Assembly (NCBI GenBank): GCA_002245135.1
Contig: NGBS01000612.1
Location: 1 to 64,000, forward strand
DNA length: 64,000 bases
Direction: 5' to 3'
Source of the DNA: Proteromonas lacertae
Lineage: Eukaryota
The translations under genes were made by a program, and so were the position numbers. Every line of letters starts with the position of its first letter. The first letter of the stretch is position 1. The notes below the pieces were generated by a model. It was not told where the DNA came from. It searched no databases and saw only the letters and a program-made list of their open reading frames with translations. Below, in pieces: positions 1 through 12,900 of the stretch.

Positions 1-3000
1 TTTTAATAGGGTTTATGAGTGTTACTACACATTATTCACAAAATTATATTGACACATTTAGAGGTATTGTAGAAACAATTGATTTTATCAATTCAAATGT
101 ATATTTATTATTATTTAATATATTTTTTTAGTCTGGATTATTGAACAAGAGAATCAGGCTAGTATTACCAGAATATCTACAGATAATATAAAAACAAAAT
201 ATGATTATCTAATGTCATTTAAAGTGGATATTATCATATATTATTCTTCAACAAGGATGATGATGATATTATCAGTTGCATTGATAATAAAAGTCCATAC
301 GTATTTACAATAGGATATAACAGTGGAGAAGTATGCCATCCAAATATTATTCCAGTTGGTACAAATATTCCTACTCAAATATATTATTTTGAAACACTTT
401 ATTTTCATGAAAAAATATATGTTCTATATTCGAATACAATATATGGTAGAAATGGCTTTGATTATATTCAAAGGGATAAGAATCAAACAAAAGAAGAATG
501 TATTGGATTTATGGTTAGAATTCAAATCAGATGAAATGAAAAAGAGTATAGATGATTATATCAGTAATAAATGGTAGTGATGAAGGAAGTATTTATTTGA
601 TTGGTATTTTAGGTGAAAATTATACTCTTTATTTATGAAAGAATATTATCAATATAAAAATTACTATCCAAATGTTATAGTTTATTTGATGGATATGAAT
701 GAGAATGATTTTTAAACAATGAATTATGGAATGGTTATTATTCAATTCATCCATTTATTTCAACTGAGTCACTTCCTAGAAACCTTTCAATGAGATTTAT
801 AAAATATCATTCAAATTATAAAATAAGCTATTTTGAATATTTAGGTAGTTTATCAGTAAGATTATTTGAGAAATTGGTAGTAACATGTTCATCAACTAAT
901 AAAGATGATTTTAATGGGACAATAACAGATTCAGGAATATCAATAGATGATCCAAGCATATCGTTGTTAAACAATAATTACATATCACTACCAATTGGTG
1001 ATTTAGTCTCAATAAATGATGGTAAATATTCTACAAAGCGTAGTTTAGAGCCACACTTGATACATTATCCATCTTATATTCGTGATTCATTGACAGGTAC
1101 TATGTCAAAATGTGATTGGCAATCTGCAAATTATATTTCAAAAAATAATAAAATCAATGTGATACTTTGTTTATATGATGATGTTAATGAAGAAAATTCA
1201 TATTGTTTAACATTATTCTACATATTTTCATTCTATGGAAGTTCGGCTTTTTATTTGAACAATGATTTTTCTATAATTCCATTAAAGCTACCATTAGCAA
1301 GTGATCCTTCATATAATGATACTTTATTATCTGTATTGGATTTTTATAAAACCAATTATAGTGTATGGTTTTAGAGATTATAAAGAAAAATCAACTTTGT
1401 TGGATATAATATCTAATGATATTCCATTATTAGGTTTGCATCAAAATGATTTTACAAAGCTATGATAATATGTTTAATTTTGGTATAGAAACAACTGATT
1501 ATGTTGAAAGTATTATACCGTTTTATTTTTCAATGAAGATGTACATTGTTACTCATATAAGTAATAATAATTTGTATAACCAAACAAAGATGTATAGTTT
1601 ATGGAATTACTATCAAAAAAACATATACATCTCTATTATTTTATTATGCTCTTTATGATTATGTTGATATAAGTGTGTAAGTAGATTATTAAATGATAAA
1701 AATATATGTCAAAACTATCGTCATTCATTAGCAATATTTATTAATTTAGACAATCCTGAAGCTGAATCAATTGCAGAAATAATTAAAGACATTCAATCTG
1801 ATGATATTATTGTGATTTATTTAAGGAATTTGTTTAAATTTTTATGATTCACACGTCTTTACAAATCAAATTCAGCTTATATCGGAATATATACCAGAAA
1901 AGAGTGATAAGATATATTTGAATTTAGAAAGAATAAAGAATAGTGTCAATATATCAGAGAATGTGTTTTATTTTCATTTTTTAGTTGCGTATATTATTTT
2001 ATAGCTATTAATATTTTTATAGTTATTACTCGTATGAGTTTGTTGTTAATAGTATGCTGATTGACAGTTCAACTGGAAAATCAATTGTGGAATCACTACC
2101 TACAGTTAATCTTCATTTATCATCAAAATGTATTTCATTTAGTGTTATTTATATATGCTATATAGGCGACATTGAAGTTTTCTAAACAGAATAATTTAAT
2201 CAAAACATTATCAGCTATAAAGAATACTGGAAATAATGTGAAAATCCAACCAATTGTCCCATATATCCAATTGTCAAGTAATTTTGTTTATGGAGAAACA
2301 TTTACAACAGGAGAAAAAAAACTATTCCAGTAGGACTTATTATTGATTTGAAGAGAATGAAAGCTGAATCAACGTCATTGATAATTGCATTTGTAACAGT
2401 AATGATACATCACTCTGATTTTAAGATATGTTTTATATGATGTAGGGAAAATTTGGAACTCAATATTTATGGACTTATTTCCATTCAGGGAAAGTTAGAG
2501 TATTATTTGGTTTGTTAGATAAAGTATTTCAAGAAGAAGGTGATGATTTCTTAAAAGATCATAAAATGATATTTTATAATTATGGCTATCCATTTAGAAA
2601 TGAGAAGTATTTAAATAATGTATTTCAACTCAATTCAATTAGTGATTATGTGTCATTTTATATCATATATTTATTTAACTGATCATGATAATAGTTGTTT
2701 ATTGGTGTTAGATACAAATAGTAAGTTTGATGATTTTAATCCATATTTACTTCAATTATTAAATGAATTTAATATAATAATTCCACATGTTTATGTAAAT
2801 GATACAATGGATGTTTATGATGTTCTTAATGTGATAATGTTAGAAAGTCCAATAAAGAACAACATCATTTTGTCGTTAGATATAATGTATCAGAATAGCA
2901 TAATTGAAAGTTTGTCAAATTACTTATTTGAAAGAAAAATGAAATTAAGTGTTTTGCATTATAATTATAGAACATATCTTGATAATATAACACATTTCAC

Positions 3001-3881
3001 CTATACAGATGTAATTGATTTTAATGATCTTCATTATCCTTTTATTACATTAAACAAACCAGATAATACCAATGCCATTATTATATACTATGTTGAATAG
3101 GTATTTACTATACAATGAAACAATGAATCAGTCTGAAATACATGATGCATTGATGAATGATAGAGTTAATTTTAATGAATATCATCAATCTGAAAAGACA
3201 ATTATACATTTTGAATGGAAAAGATGATGTAATCATTAGAATACCTAATAATTCTACAATCTTTTTTTAAGAAAAGAGAATATTATTACAAAGTTGGGTG
3301 ATAATAATACATCGGATAGTAATTATATTGGTTTGTTGTTTGACAATAGTGATGATGTTTTTGATATTTTAGTTGGTTTGGAAAGTAGGCTATATAACAA
3401 TGATGATAATAAAGTATTATTCATTCCAATATTTATTGATAATGAAAATGATATTGTCGAAAAGATGAATGAGTTTATAAGTAAAACAAAAGTGTATATT
3501 GGAATTACTTCAAAAATTGTTCCTACTGAGCTTGTTTCATTCATAGAGGATAATAATGGATTATTATATCATTTAGGTAAATCTACAATGGTTTCATCAT
3601 CCAAGAATATTTTTTCAATGAATATTAATATGATGTCAATTGTTTATACTTTTATTGGATTTATAAAAGAGAATTGCGATTCTACAATTGTTTTATTAGA
3701 TGAAAAGTATTATAATTCAGAAGATATGAATATGATAATTGAAGAAATAAAATATCACTTTGTTGATATTAGATCAATTTATTATATAAGAATAGATAAA
3801 GATTCAATTGTGTCATTCGTTGATGAAATAATGAATATGTTATTAGAAAATCAATTTTTGCATTATAAATTTAATGGGTAG
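1..3881 (+). pseudogene. Disrupted 5' part of the multi-Venus-flytrap receptor gene (fragments of further periplasmic-binding-protein-like repeats)
   Basis: Same-strand ORF fragments 790-1374, 2618-3100 and 3294-3881; the last overlaps the start of the 1952-aa ORF in another frame. Splicing 99-131 gives GIVETIDFINSN/SGLLNKRIRLVL, like the 'AIEEINAAGGVLGRKLELV' start of LivK/UrtA-type binding proteins. 3294-3881 has YIGLLFD...EDNNGLLYHLG...SKNIFSM, like the downstream repeats. Many frameshifts and stops; decay, unrecognised introns and sequencing error cannot be separated. Confidence 0.55.
99..131 (+). other. Putative 33-nt spliceosomal intron
   Basis: GTATATTTATTATTATTTAATATATTTTTTTAG: GT...AG, all A/T inside, T-rich 3' end. 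It contains an in-frame TAA, and removal restores a binding-protein-like peptide. Confidence 0.6.
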
Positions 3882-6800
3882 ATGGACTAATAAGTTTATT
3901 GATGAATTAGATTCTAGGTTAAATACTTTTCAAGACTTAAAATTGGTTAGTTTTGATGTAAAATTAAGCATGGATTTACCAAAGCCAAATCATTTCAATC
4001 ATTATTTATTTCAGTTTGATTCTGTATCTGTAAATGATTATGAAAGTGTATTTGTGAATCCATTTTACAGTTTATATAACAAGAATTATCTTATAAATGA
4101 CATAGTTATTCAAAGTTATGTTGCTATCGTAGAATGCTTGAAGAAGTTTACTACTAAAGACAATTTTATTTATATTACAAATAATCTATTGAATAATGAT
4201 ATATTACTGTATATTGATGAAGGTTATAACTCAATTACAAATCAAAGACAGTTCAATGCTCAATGGAGTATAAGATACAATAATTTGGATCAATGTCCAA
4301 TAAGGCTAAACAATGATTTTATAAGTCAAAAGAAAATAATAGGTCTTTTACTTGGATTGACTGGTTATTATCAATATGTTAACTATCAAATATTGTCAGC
4401 TGCATTGATAAATATAATACAAATATCAAAATTTTCATATGAAATAATTGATACAAAATCAACAAAAGAAGGTTGTATTGATGGGTTAAAAACAATGATT
4501 GATAAAGGAATATTGTTTATTGTAATGGGTCATGGTATGTATGATTGTTTAAATGAAAGTGTTGACATATTAAACAATAATACTGAAAAAGATGTGTCTA
4601 TATGGTATGTAGAAAATACACCTGGTTTTTTCTGTGATAGTAGATATGTATTCTTTGGTACTTTACCAAACCACTTTTTATCACCAGCTTTATACTTTTT
4701 TACTTCAAACTCATCTTTTGATAAAGCTTATATATTTTATGATTCATTGAGTGATAAGAGTTATAAATATTATTTAAACATTGATAATTTGTTTAGTCAA
4801 TCTCCAATTAAATATGAAGTATATTCATTAGCTACAACTGATAAAGAAAGATTAGGAGAAATAATTAGTAATAAAAATGGTATAGTGTTTTTAGCACATG
4901 CAACAAACAATAAATTAATAGAAATTGTTACTTATTTACATAGCATAAAAGCATATGTTAATAATAGAATATTTATGGTTGAACAAACTGAAGACGAATT
5001 GGTATATTTCAAAGAAGACGTATTAGAGGGATTTTATTTAGTTGATTCTACATTTTCCATTATAGATAGTGGTGAAGACTATATATATTTTGCGCCATTA
5101 TCTCCATTTTTAAAATCAAACATAACAGCTGAAATGTCTAATGTAGTAACTGTGACGTCATTTATTATACATGCATTCCAAGGATCTTCAACTGAAACAT
5201 TAAAGGTGTGTTATCAAAATAGGTTTCATTCATATGAAGGCGCAAAATCTTTAGAGAGTAATAACTATTTGAAAAGAAATTTAAAAATAGTAAGAATATT
5301 ACAAAATAATAATCTTGAATTAGTATATGATGCAAATGGTTTAGAGCCTGATCCTTTTTATTATTCATCCGATTCTACTCAAATTTGTAACTTTTCTGGT
5401 GAAAATGGACTTGTGAAAGTGAATAATATTATCTTAATTGATCATCAGTTTGAAAAAGAATTTATTGAGTTTGTATTTTACTTTTATTCAAAAGGACAGT
5501 CATCGGGTTGGTATTTGATTAATTACAAAACTTATGTAGTATATAGCAATGATGATTGTAGAAGATATTTTCAACAATTTGTTGATAATGAAGATATCTC
5601 AACATTAATTGTGATTAATATAGATGTATGTTCTGATGAACTATTTTCTGAATATAATAATATAAACAGAACAATTTGGATATTATCAAACTATCCAAAC
5701 AATTTAAACCAATATAATACATTTGAAGGTGGTTTGTCAGTAACTCATACTATTAGACCAGTTTTACTTCATTTAGTTGCATATAAACATAGAATTCCAG
5801 TAGCATTTATAATAAATCCAAAATGGAACAAATATTATTCATTTATAGAAGAATTACTTCTAGAATACAATCTAAAGTTAGTATATAAGCTATATTCTAC
5901 ATCTGAAACAGAAATATATAAATCAATAAAACATTTGATAGAAGTTTGTCCACAAGGTATTCATCTGTTTATTGAGCAGAATATTATTATATTGAAAGGT
6001 ATAATAGATGAAGTTAATTTACTTTCTAATAATAATACAAATGGATTATTTGATTATCTGTCATTTATTCAATCTCCAAACTATTTTATTAATGATCCAA
6101 ATTATGTTAGAATTGGAACATATTTGCACAAGTTGGCAGAGTCAAGTGAGGTGTTTGAACATGAAATATTGAGAAGATTTAATAATGAAGATGGTTATCC
6201 TTCAATATATTTATCATTACAGAATATAGTGGAAATAAACACAATAGAATCAAATATTTTTAATTGGCTTGATTTCAAAAGCTATAAATCAGCAATATAT
6301 GGTGTAATGATTAAAACAATAGAAGGAAAACTTAATGTTGAAATAAATAATAAAATGAAAAGGAGATTAGAAGTATCCTATTATGAAAATGATGAGTATA
6401 AAGAATATATGCTTGGATATACAAATGTATTTCTTAATACATATACATCAACCCAATCTAATATGGAAGTAACTGATTGTAGTTCTTATAAATGTTATAA
6501 CAGGACAATAGTGACAATCAAAATTGCATTAATCATTCCTAAATGTAGTTGTGATGATGATGTTTATAAAACAATGATTTCACCATTTTTGTTTATTCAC
6601 AAATACTTCCAAGTGAGTTATTTTTTTGATAGTATGAGTTATACTATTTATCCATTTATAAGTGAATATAATGAAACAATTACGTTAAGTAAATACATCG
6701 AAGATTTGAAGGAAACAACTAAAATGTCATTAATAATTACAAATCTTGATTATATAACAAATTTAGGAGATATTAATCTCTTAAAAGATATAATTATATT

Positions 6801-9732
6801 TAATTTAGGTAAAGGAATAGATGATTATGTTAGTCCAATATACACAATAGGTCCATCATTGGTTTCAATTTCAAATGAAGTGTATTTGTCTATTATGCAA
6901 CATCGAAGAAATGATATTTATATCTTATTTACTGATACAGTTAAAATTTCAGCAAAAGTGACTGAAAACTTCAATAAACTATTTCGTGCATCAGGTTTTT
7001 CCATTCATCTAGTCAATTATAAAGATGATAATATAAATTCAACTTATAATATGTTAATGGATTGTTATAAATCATATAATTGCTCATTTATAAATGCATT
7101 ACCTTGCTCAATGACTGTTTCATTGAATAAAGAGTTGCTGAAAAGAGTAGACATAGAAAAACCATTATGGAATGTTTATATATTATTTCAGGATATATCT
7201 ACAGACAATTATTTTGATTGTTATTTACCCGACAGTTATTACGTTTCAGGATATGTGTCAATGCTATTGCATCAACACAATGTAACAATAGTGAAAAATG
7301 AAACTATAAATTATTATTATTTCATTATTAATTATTTGGATGAATCATGGAATAAGAATTCTGAAGTTTCTTATGCCTACGATGCTATATTGATTTATTT
7401 GAATTCCATAGATAGAATTGATAATTTTTATGCTACTTCAGTAACTGGAAATATGTTATTCAGAGAATTTGTTAGTCCAAGTGGAATTATATCTTTCATA
7501 GATAAAAATCAGCTTTCTAGAAACATTTATTTTGGGCAAATAACAACCTCAAACACAGCAACAATTTTACATTACAACAATTTATATGCATCATCACCAT
7601 CTTTAGAGGCAAATTTGAATAAAGCAAACATTTATATAGGATTATTATTAGATACAAAAGGAGGAAATGAAGAAGAATTATCAAGACAAATAGTGTTGTA
7701 TTCTGACACAATTCTTACTTATGTAAATGAAAAAGAATCATCAAATAATTTAACATATGTTATAAAGAGATATTCATTATATAGAGACAATGATACTGAT
7801 ATAGATACAATAAAAGAAATATTGGAAGATAAAGAGATTATAATTATTATTGGCTGCACTTCATATTATTGTCTTAATTTATACAGACAGTATTATACAC
7901 TGGATAATAATAAACTATTTTATCCATTATTAGTTCCATCAGAAGAATTATGTGATAGGTATATTGTACCATTGAGGCAGAATGTTGTTAATAAAGTGAA
8001 AGAATTATTAGCTACAGTAAATGAAACAGCTATGATATCTTACATATTTGTTTATGATAATTATTCGCAGAATATAATTGAATCGATTCATATACCAAAT
8101 ATGCCTACATCCTCATATTATTTATATCCATTCCAGAATATGACAATGAAAGAATTCTTAAAATTAGTGAATGGAAAAAGTGTAATGAATTTCATAACAT
8201 CTGAAAATTTAAAGGGATTTGAGAAGGATTATTTATTAAATAAAGAAAATGATTTAAAAGTTGCATCTCAAATTCTCTTTTATTTTGATGAATATCAAGT
8301 TGGATTTGATATTCTTAAACAATTAAATGGTGAGTATGTTGTATCATCATTTAAATATGATTCAAGTAGTACAAATACTAATACATTCAATAATTATTTG
8401 AACAATAAACTAGGTTTAGATTTTTATATTAGTCAAACAATGATGACTTATGATGGAGTATTTTCTGTTGTAGTAAATTCTTACAATTTAGCAATTTCAC
8501 AAATGACAAAAGACAAAGCACATAAGTCATTATTAATAGATTATTTACAAATATCAAGCCAAGAATTATCACAATCATATCTAATAGGCGATTTACAAGG
8601 AACAATAACAAATTCATTTATAGAATATAATTATTTGTCTGAAATCAATGTCGATGGTACTATCACAAGATCTTTTCTATTTGGAAATAGATTATATCCA
8701 TTTGATTATAACCCAAAGTTTAAAGAATCATGTAATGTATATAGAAAAGAAGTGATTTATGAATTTAGTGAAATATTGTCTATTTCAGTTATTGTTGTTT
8801 GTATACTATTAACGATTTTATTCTTGGCATCTTGGATATTCTTAGAAAGATATAAAACATCAAGTGTATTTAAAAGTCATGAAGTAACCATTTTAAGAGC
8901 TGTTTTATTTTCAGGTTTTATTTCAATTATTCCATCGTTATTTTTGAATTATAGATTTACTAATGATACTATGTGTAAAGTATCATTAGCGTATATTGTT
9001 GTTACATTATACAATTTTTCCTTTTTACTATTGAATCATATTAGATGGGTAGGTTATTGCTATGGAATATTAAAACAGAAGAAAAAATATACTGCTATTT
9101 CTGTTATTAGAAGAACTATATGTATGGATATATTTGTAATACTGTTTAATGTTGTTTTTACAGCAATAACACCCTTTTCGTCATTTATAAAAAATGAAGA
9201 TAAAGATAAAAGCAATTTCATTAGTGTGTTTTATTATCATCAATGTTCTGTCAATGTATATTACGTTGTTTTTAATCTGATATTTTTGTTAGTCTTATTC
9301 TTTTATATGTTTATCAGTTTATATCAGTTGAAGGTAATAAATAGTGAATTATCAGTTTCAGATAATTTAACAAGAGCAACTTCTTTGTGTGCATTTATGG
9401 TAATACTGTTTTTGATGTTCAAAATTCTACTAAATTATTATACTGAGTTAACTTACATTGTTGAAGAAATGTGTATAATAATATATGCAGTTGGATGTAA
9501 TATACTACTTTTATTACCAAAATTGTTATATATTCATTTCCATGAAATGGTTACTTCTGATACAGTCTCTACACAGACTTTAACAACAACAAATATTCAA
9601 CAAAAGCATGTAATAGTGAATAAAATTGAAATGAATGTTGAAAAAGAGAAAGAGAAAGAAAATGTTGTGAGGAAAGCTGTGTTAAGTACAATTGCTGGAA
9701 GTGAGAATGATAATACTAGAAATGGATATTAA
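3874..9732 (+). CDS. Class C (glutamate/GABA-B-like) GPCR-like protein with about 4 tandem Venus-flytrap/periplasmic-binding domains and a C-terminal 7TM domain (N-terminus probably extends upstream)
   Basis: 1952-aa ORF. Repeated domain starts KIIGLLLGLTG (~4330), IKIALIIP (~6515), IYIGLLLDTKG (~7630). UrtA/AmiC-like motifs IWYVENTPGFFCDSRYVFFGTLPNH, IIGCTSYYC, LFYPLL, EPDPF. About seven hydrophobic segments at ~8770-9535, with a Cys before TM3, a Cys in ECL2 and the class C TM7 motif LLLLPKLLYI, then a Ser/Thr-rich tail. Confidence 0.75.
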   Translation: MGRWTNKFIDELDSRLNTFQDLKLVSFDVKLSMDLPKPNHFNHYLFQFDSVSVNDYESVFVNPFYSLYNKNYLINDIVIQSYVAIVECLKKFTTKDNFIYITNNLLNNDILLYIDEGYNSITNQRQFNAQWSIRYNNLDQCPIRLNNDFISQKKIIGLLLGLTGYYQYVNYQILSAALINIIQISKFSYEIIDTKSTKEGCIDGLKTMIDKGILFIVMGHGMYDCLNESVDILNNNTEKDVSIWYVENTPGFFCDSRYVFFGTLPNHFLSPALYFFTSNSSFDKAYIFYDSLSDKSYKYYLNIDNLFSQSPIKYEVYSLATTDKERLGEIISNKNGIVFLAHATNNKLIEIVTYLHSIKAYVNNRIFMVEQTEDELVYFKEDVLEGFYLVDSTFSIIDSGEDYIYFAPLSPFLKSNITAEMSNVVTVTSFIIHAFQGSSTETLKVCYQNRFHSYEGAKSLESNNYLKRNLKIVRILQNNNLELVYDANGLEPDPFYYSSDSTQICNFSGENGLVKVNNIILIDHQFEKEFIEFVFYFYSKGQSSGWYLINYKTYVVYSNDDCRRYFQQFVDNEDISTLIVINIDVCSDELFSEYNNINRTIWILSNYPNNLNQYNTFEGGLSVTHTIRPVLLHLVAYKHRIPVAFIINPKWNKYYSFIEELLLEYNLKLVYKLYSTSETEIYKSIKHLIEVCPQGIHLFIEQNIIILKGIIDEVNLLSNNNTNGLFDYLSFIQSPNYFINDPNYVRIGTYLHKLAESSEVFEHEILRRFNNEDGYPSIYLSLQNIVEINTIESNIFNWLDFKSYKSAIYGVMIKTIEGKLNVEINNKMKRRLEVSYYENDEYKEYMLGYTNVFLNTYTSTQSNMEVTDCSSYKCYNRTIVTIKIALIIPKCSCDDDVYKTMISPFLFIHKYFQVSYFFDSMSYTIYPFISEYNETITLSKYIEDLKETTKMSLIITNLDYITNLGDINLLKDIIIFNLGKGIDDYVSPIYTIGPSLVSISNEVYLSIMQHRRNDIYILFTDTVKISAKVTENFNKLFRASGFSIHLVNYKDDNINSTYNMLMDCYKSYNCSFINALPCSMTVSLNKELLKRVDIEKPLWNVYILFQDISTDNYFDCYLPDSYYVSGYVSMLLHQHNVTIVKNETINYYYFIINYLDESWNKNSEVSYAYDAILIYLNSIDRIDNFYATSVTGNMLFREFVSPSGIISFIDKNQLSRNIYFGQITTSNTATILHYNNLYASSPSLEANLNKANIYIGLLLDTKGGNEEELSRQIVLYSDTILTYVNEKESSNNLTYVIKRYSLYRDNDTDIDTIKEILEDKEIIIIIGCTSYYCLNLYRQYYTLDNNKLFYPLLVPSEELCDRYIVPLRQNVVNKVKELLATVNETAMISYIFVYDNYSQNIIESIHIPNMPTSSYYLYPFQNMTMKEFLKLVNGKSVMNFITSENLKGFEKDYLLNKENDLKVASQILFYFDEYQVGFDILKQLNGEYVVSSFKYDSSSTNTNTFNNYLNNKLGLDFYISQTMMTYDGVFSVVVNSYNLAISQMTKDKAHKSLLIDYLQISSQELSQSYLIGDLQGTITNSFIEYNYLSEINVDGTITRSFLFGNRLYPFDYNPKFKESCNVYRKEVIYEFSEILSISVIVVCILLTILFLASWIFLERYKTSSVFKSHEVTILRAVLFSGFISIIPSLFLNYRFTNDTMCKVSLAYIVVTLYNFSFLLLNHIRWVGYCYGILKQKKKYTAISVIRRTICMDIFVILFNVVFTAITPFSSFIKNEDKDKSNFISVFYYHQCSVNVYYVVFNLIFLLVLFFYMFISLYQLKVINSELSVSDNLTRATSLCAFMVILFLMFKILLNYYTELTYIVEEMCIIIYAVGCNILLLLPKLLYIHFHEMVTSDTVSTQTLTTTNIQQKHVIVNKIEMNVEKEKEKENVVRKAVLSTIAGSENDNTRNGY

Positions 9733-9935
9733 CTGATATAAAGTGAAAAGTGTGTGATATAATATAATTATTTATTGTTTCAATTTTTTATTTTAATCAT
9801 TAGCGAATTATTTAATTTAGATTTTATAAAAGTGTTATTTGATTTTATTAGATTTTTTTTGTTAATGATTAAAATATTCCCAAATGATAATATAATATAT
9901 ATGTTAAAAAAACAAATTTAATAAAATAATAGTTT

Positions 9936-12900
9936 TTATTTATTGCCAAAATATATGGCTAATAACAACGATAGTATTGTTGTTAACATTAATACTTTAT
10001 TCACTGTTGGATTAGTAAAGAAAGAAGATTCAATATTTCCATTTCTACTTGAGCTGGGACTTGCTTCTGTAGATGAAGAATATATAGATTTTTCTTCTTT
10101 CTTTTCTTTTACACTTTCTCTACTTGGATGTAAATATTCTGTTAAAAGTTTTCCTACTATATCAACATTTGGTTTTTTCAATAAATTCCAATGATTACTA
10201 TTCTTAATTTCTACTATTGGATATTGATTATTCCATTTATAAGGTTTCATATTTTCCAATTCAAAATGATCTGGTATAACATTGAATATTGGAATATTAC
10301 ATGATTCTAATGATGTTAGCTTATGTTTCTGCAATACTGATAATGAATGACTGAAATTTATTACACTTTCATATAATTCTTTTGTATCAATTCCTTTACT
10401 AATAATATTTTGCTTTATTAAATTTTCAATAACACCTTCAAATTTAGATTTTAATGTTTTTCTATTGTATACTTCACTATCTAGTTTCAATTGTTTATTT
10501 GTTGATAATTCTATACTCTTTATTAAAGCACCTAATGCACCATCATCACTATTGAATTTATCTGTCAACATATCAGGAACAACCCAATCTAATAATATCA
10601 ACTTTTCTACTTTAATATTGTATTTGTTTGACAATAATAATGATAATTCATAACCTACACAGCCTCCAAATGACCAGCCACCAACAATTATATTCTTCAC
10701 AGATTTTGGAGTGATTATATTCATTATTTCTTTGGCATATATTTCACATAGTTCTTCTATTGAATCATATTTTACTTCCATATTCTTTAATTCATAGAAT
10801 GGATAATTATTACCTATTGATTTTGATAATTCTTTATATAAGAAATCTCCTCTTCCAGCACCTTGTACGAAGAACATAGCTGTATCTTGGGACTTTGATA
10901 CATCTATTGGGACAATTTCTTTTATACAAGAAACTGGCTTAGTATCTTTCTTTTCTACTTTTGCTACTGTTGGTGTAGTAGTAGTAGTTGTTTTCACTGA
11001 CTTTTTGTTATTTAATTTCACTTTTGTAAGTAAATATTTTACTAATTTTATTAATGTGCTATTCTCTGATAATGCATCTGGTTCTATAATAACATTTAAT
11101 TCATCTTTAATAATATTTCTTAATTCCATAACCATTAAACTATCTAAACCCATTTCAGACAATTCACTATCATTATCAAGACTTTGTGTTGATGGTAATC
11201 CTAACAATTTCTTTATTCTTTCATTCAAATTATTTATTAGCATTTCATTTCTTTGTTCAGATGGTGTTTCTTGTAATAAATCTATTAATTTCTTTTCTGA
11301 ACCATTTCCACCACTTGATTGTTTCTTTGGTTGTACTTTTTCTAATAATGGTAATGTATCTGTTGATATTAAATCTAAATAAGGTTTTAAGTATGATATT
11401 GCTACATTTGACATTACATTTTTCAATGACCAATTTAATAATGTCATTCCTGTATTGGGGGGTATTTTATAACCTTCGTTTATATTAATCTTTGAAGCCA
11501 TACCTATATCTTTCCAAGCACCCCAATTGATTGTTAATGATGGTAAATTATGTCTTTGTCTATATATTGTTAAGTTATCTAAGAACGAATTTGCTGCTGC
11601 ATAATTACATTGATTAATATTTCCTATTACAGAAGTTATAGAAGAAAACATTACAAATAAATCAATCGGAAGATCCTTTGTTGATTCATGTAAGTTCCAT
11701 GCTCCTAATATCTTTGACTGCATTACACTTGTGAATCTTGTCCAATTCAAATTCATTAAATTATCATCATCTAATACACCTGCTAAATGGAATATTCCTT
11801 TAATATCTTTATTCTTATATTTATTAATAAGATTTGACACATCATTCATATTTGATACATCACATTGTTCATAGGTTATTATATTATAATAATTTGATAT
11901 AAATTCTTGTATCTTTTGGTTAGATGGAGATCTTCCAAGTATTACTACATTCTTTGCACCATTATCAATTAAATATTTTGTTACTTCCATACCAATACCA
12001 CCTGATCCACCACTGATAATATAAGCACCATTTTCTTTTATTGTTCTATTATATGGTTTATTATTTCTAATTACAATCTTTCCTTTATGTTTTGCTTGTG
12101 ACATGAATCTAAATGAATCAATTACATTTCTTCTTTCAAATAAATGTAATGGTAATGGATGAATTGAACCATTTATTATATCATTGTTTATTATATTGAA
12201 CATTTCAGCTATTACTTCTGGTTGTGTTTTTGCTACATTCATTAAATCAAATGATTTGTATTTTATATCTGGACGTTTCTCTTTCATTTGTTCTTCTGTA
12301 TAAATACCAACTTTTCCAATTTCAATAAACCTTCCATTTGTACCAGTTACTTCGATTGATTTTTCAATGAAATCTCCTGCTAAACTATTCAATACAATAT
12401 CAACACCTTTACCATTTGTTAATTCTTTAATCTTATCAGCAAATTCTAATGTTCTACTATTTAATGCAACATTAACACCATTTGATTTAGCTAAGTTTCT
12501 CTTTTCATCTGTACTTGCTGTACCATATATATAAGCACCTATTTTATGAGCTAATTGAGTAGCTGCAATACCAACACCACCACCTGCTGCATGTATTAAT
12601 ACTTTATCATTTGGTTGGATATTGGCTATATGACATAAACCATAATAAGCAGTTAAGAATGTAACTGGAATAGAAGCAGCTTCTTCATATGATATATTAT
12701 TTGGCTTCTTTACTATTAATAATTCATTAGATAATGCATAATTACTGAAACTTTGCATGATTAAACCATAAACTGAATCACCAACTTTAATATTCTTCAC
12801 ATTTGGACCTATTGCTGTAACTAAGCCACTTCCTTCTAAACCATAGAAATCATTCTTATCAGGATACATATTTAACGCATCCATTACATCTCTGAAGTTA

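Noticed and set aside
3323..8617. Short minus-strand ORFs within the receptor gene
   Set aside because: No recognisable motifs; antisense to a longer, coherent ORF.
9760..9930. Blastocystis-type TGTTTGTT polyadenylation motif downstream of either gene
   Set aside because: Only loose matches (TATTGTTTC; TTTGTTTTT on the minus strand) in very T-rich DNA, and both genes have encoded TAA stops.
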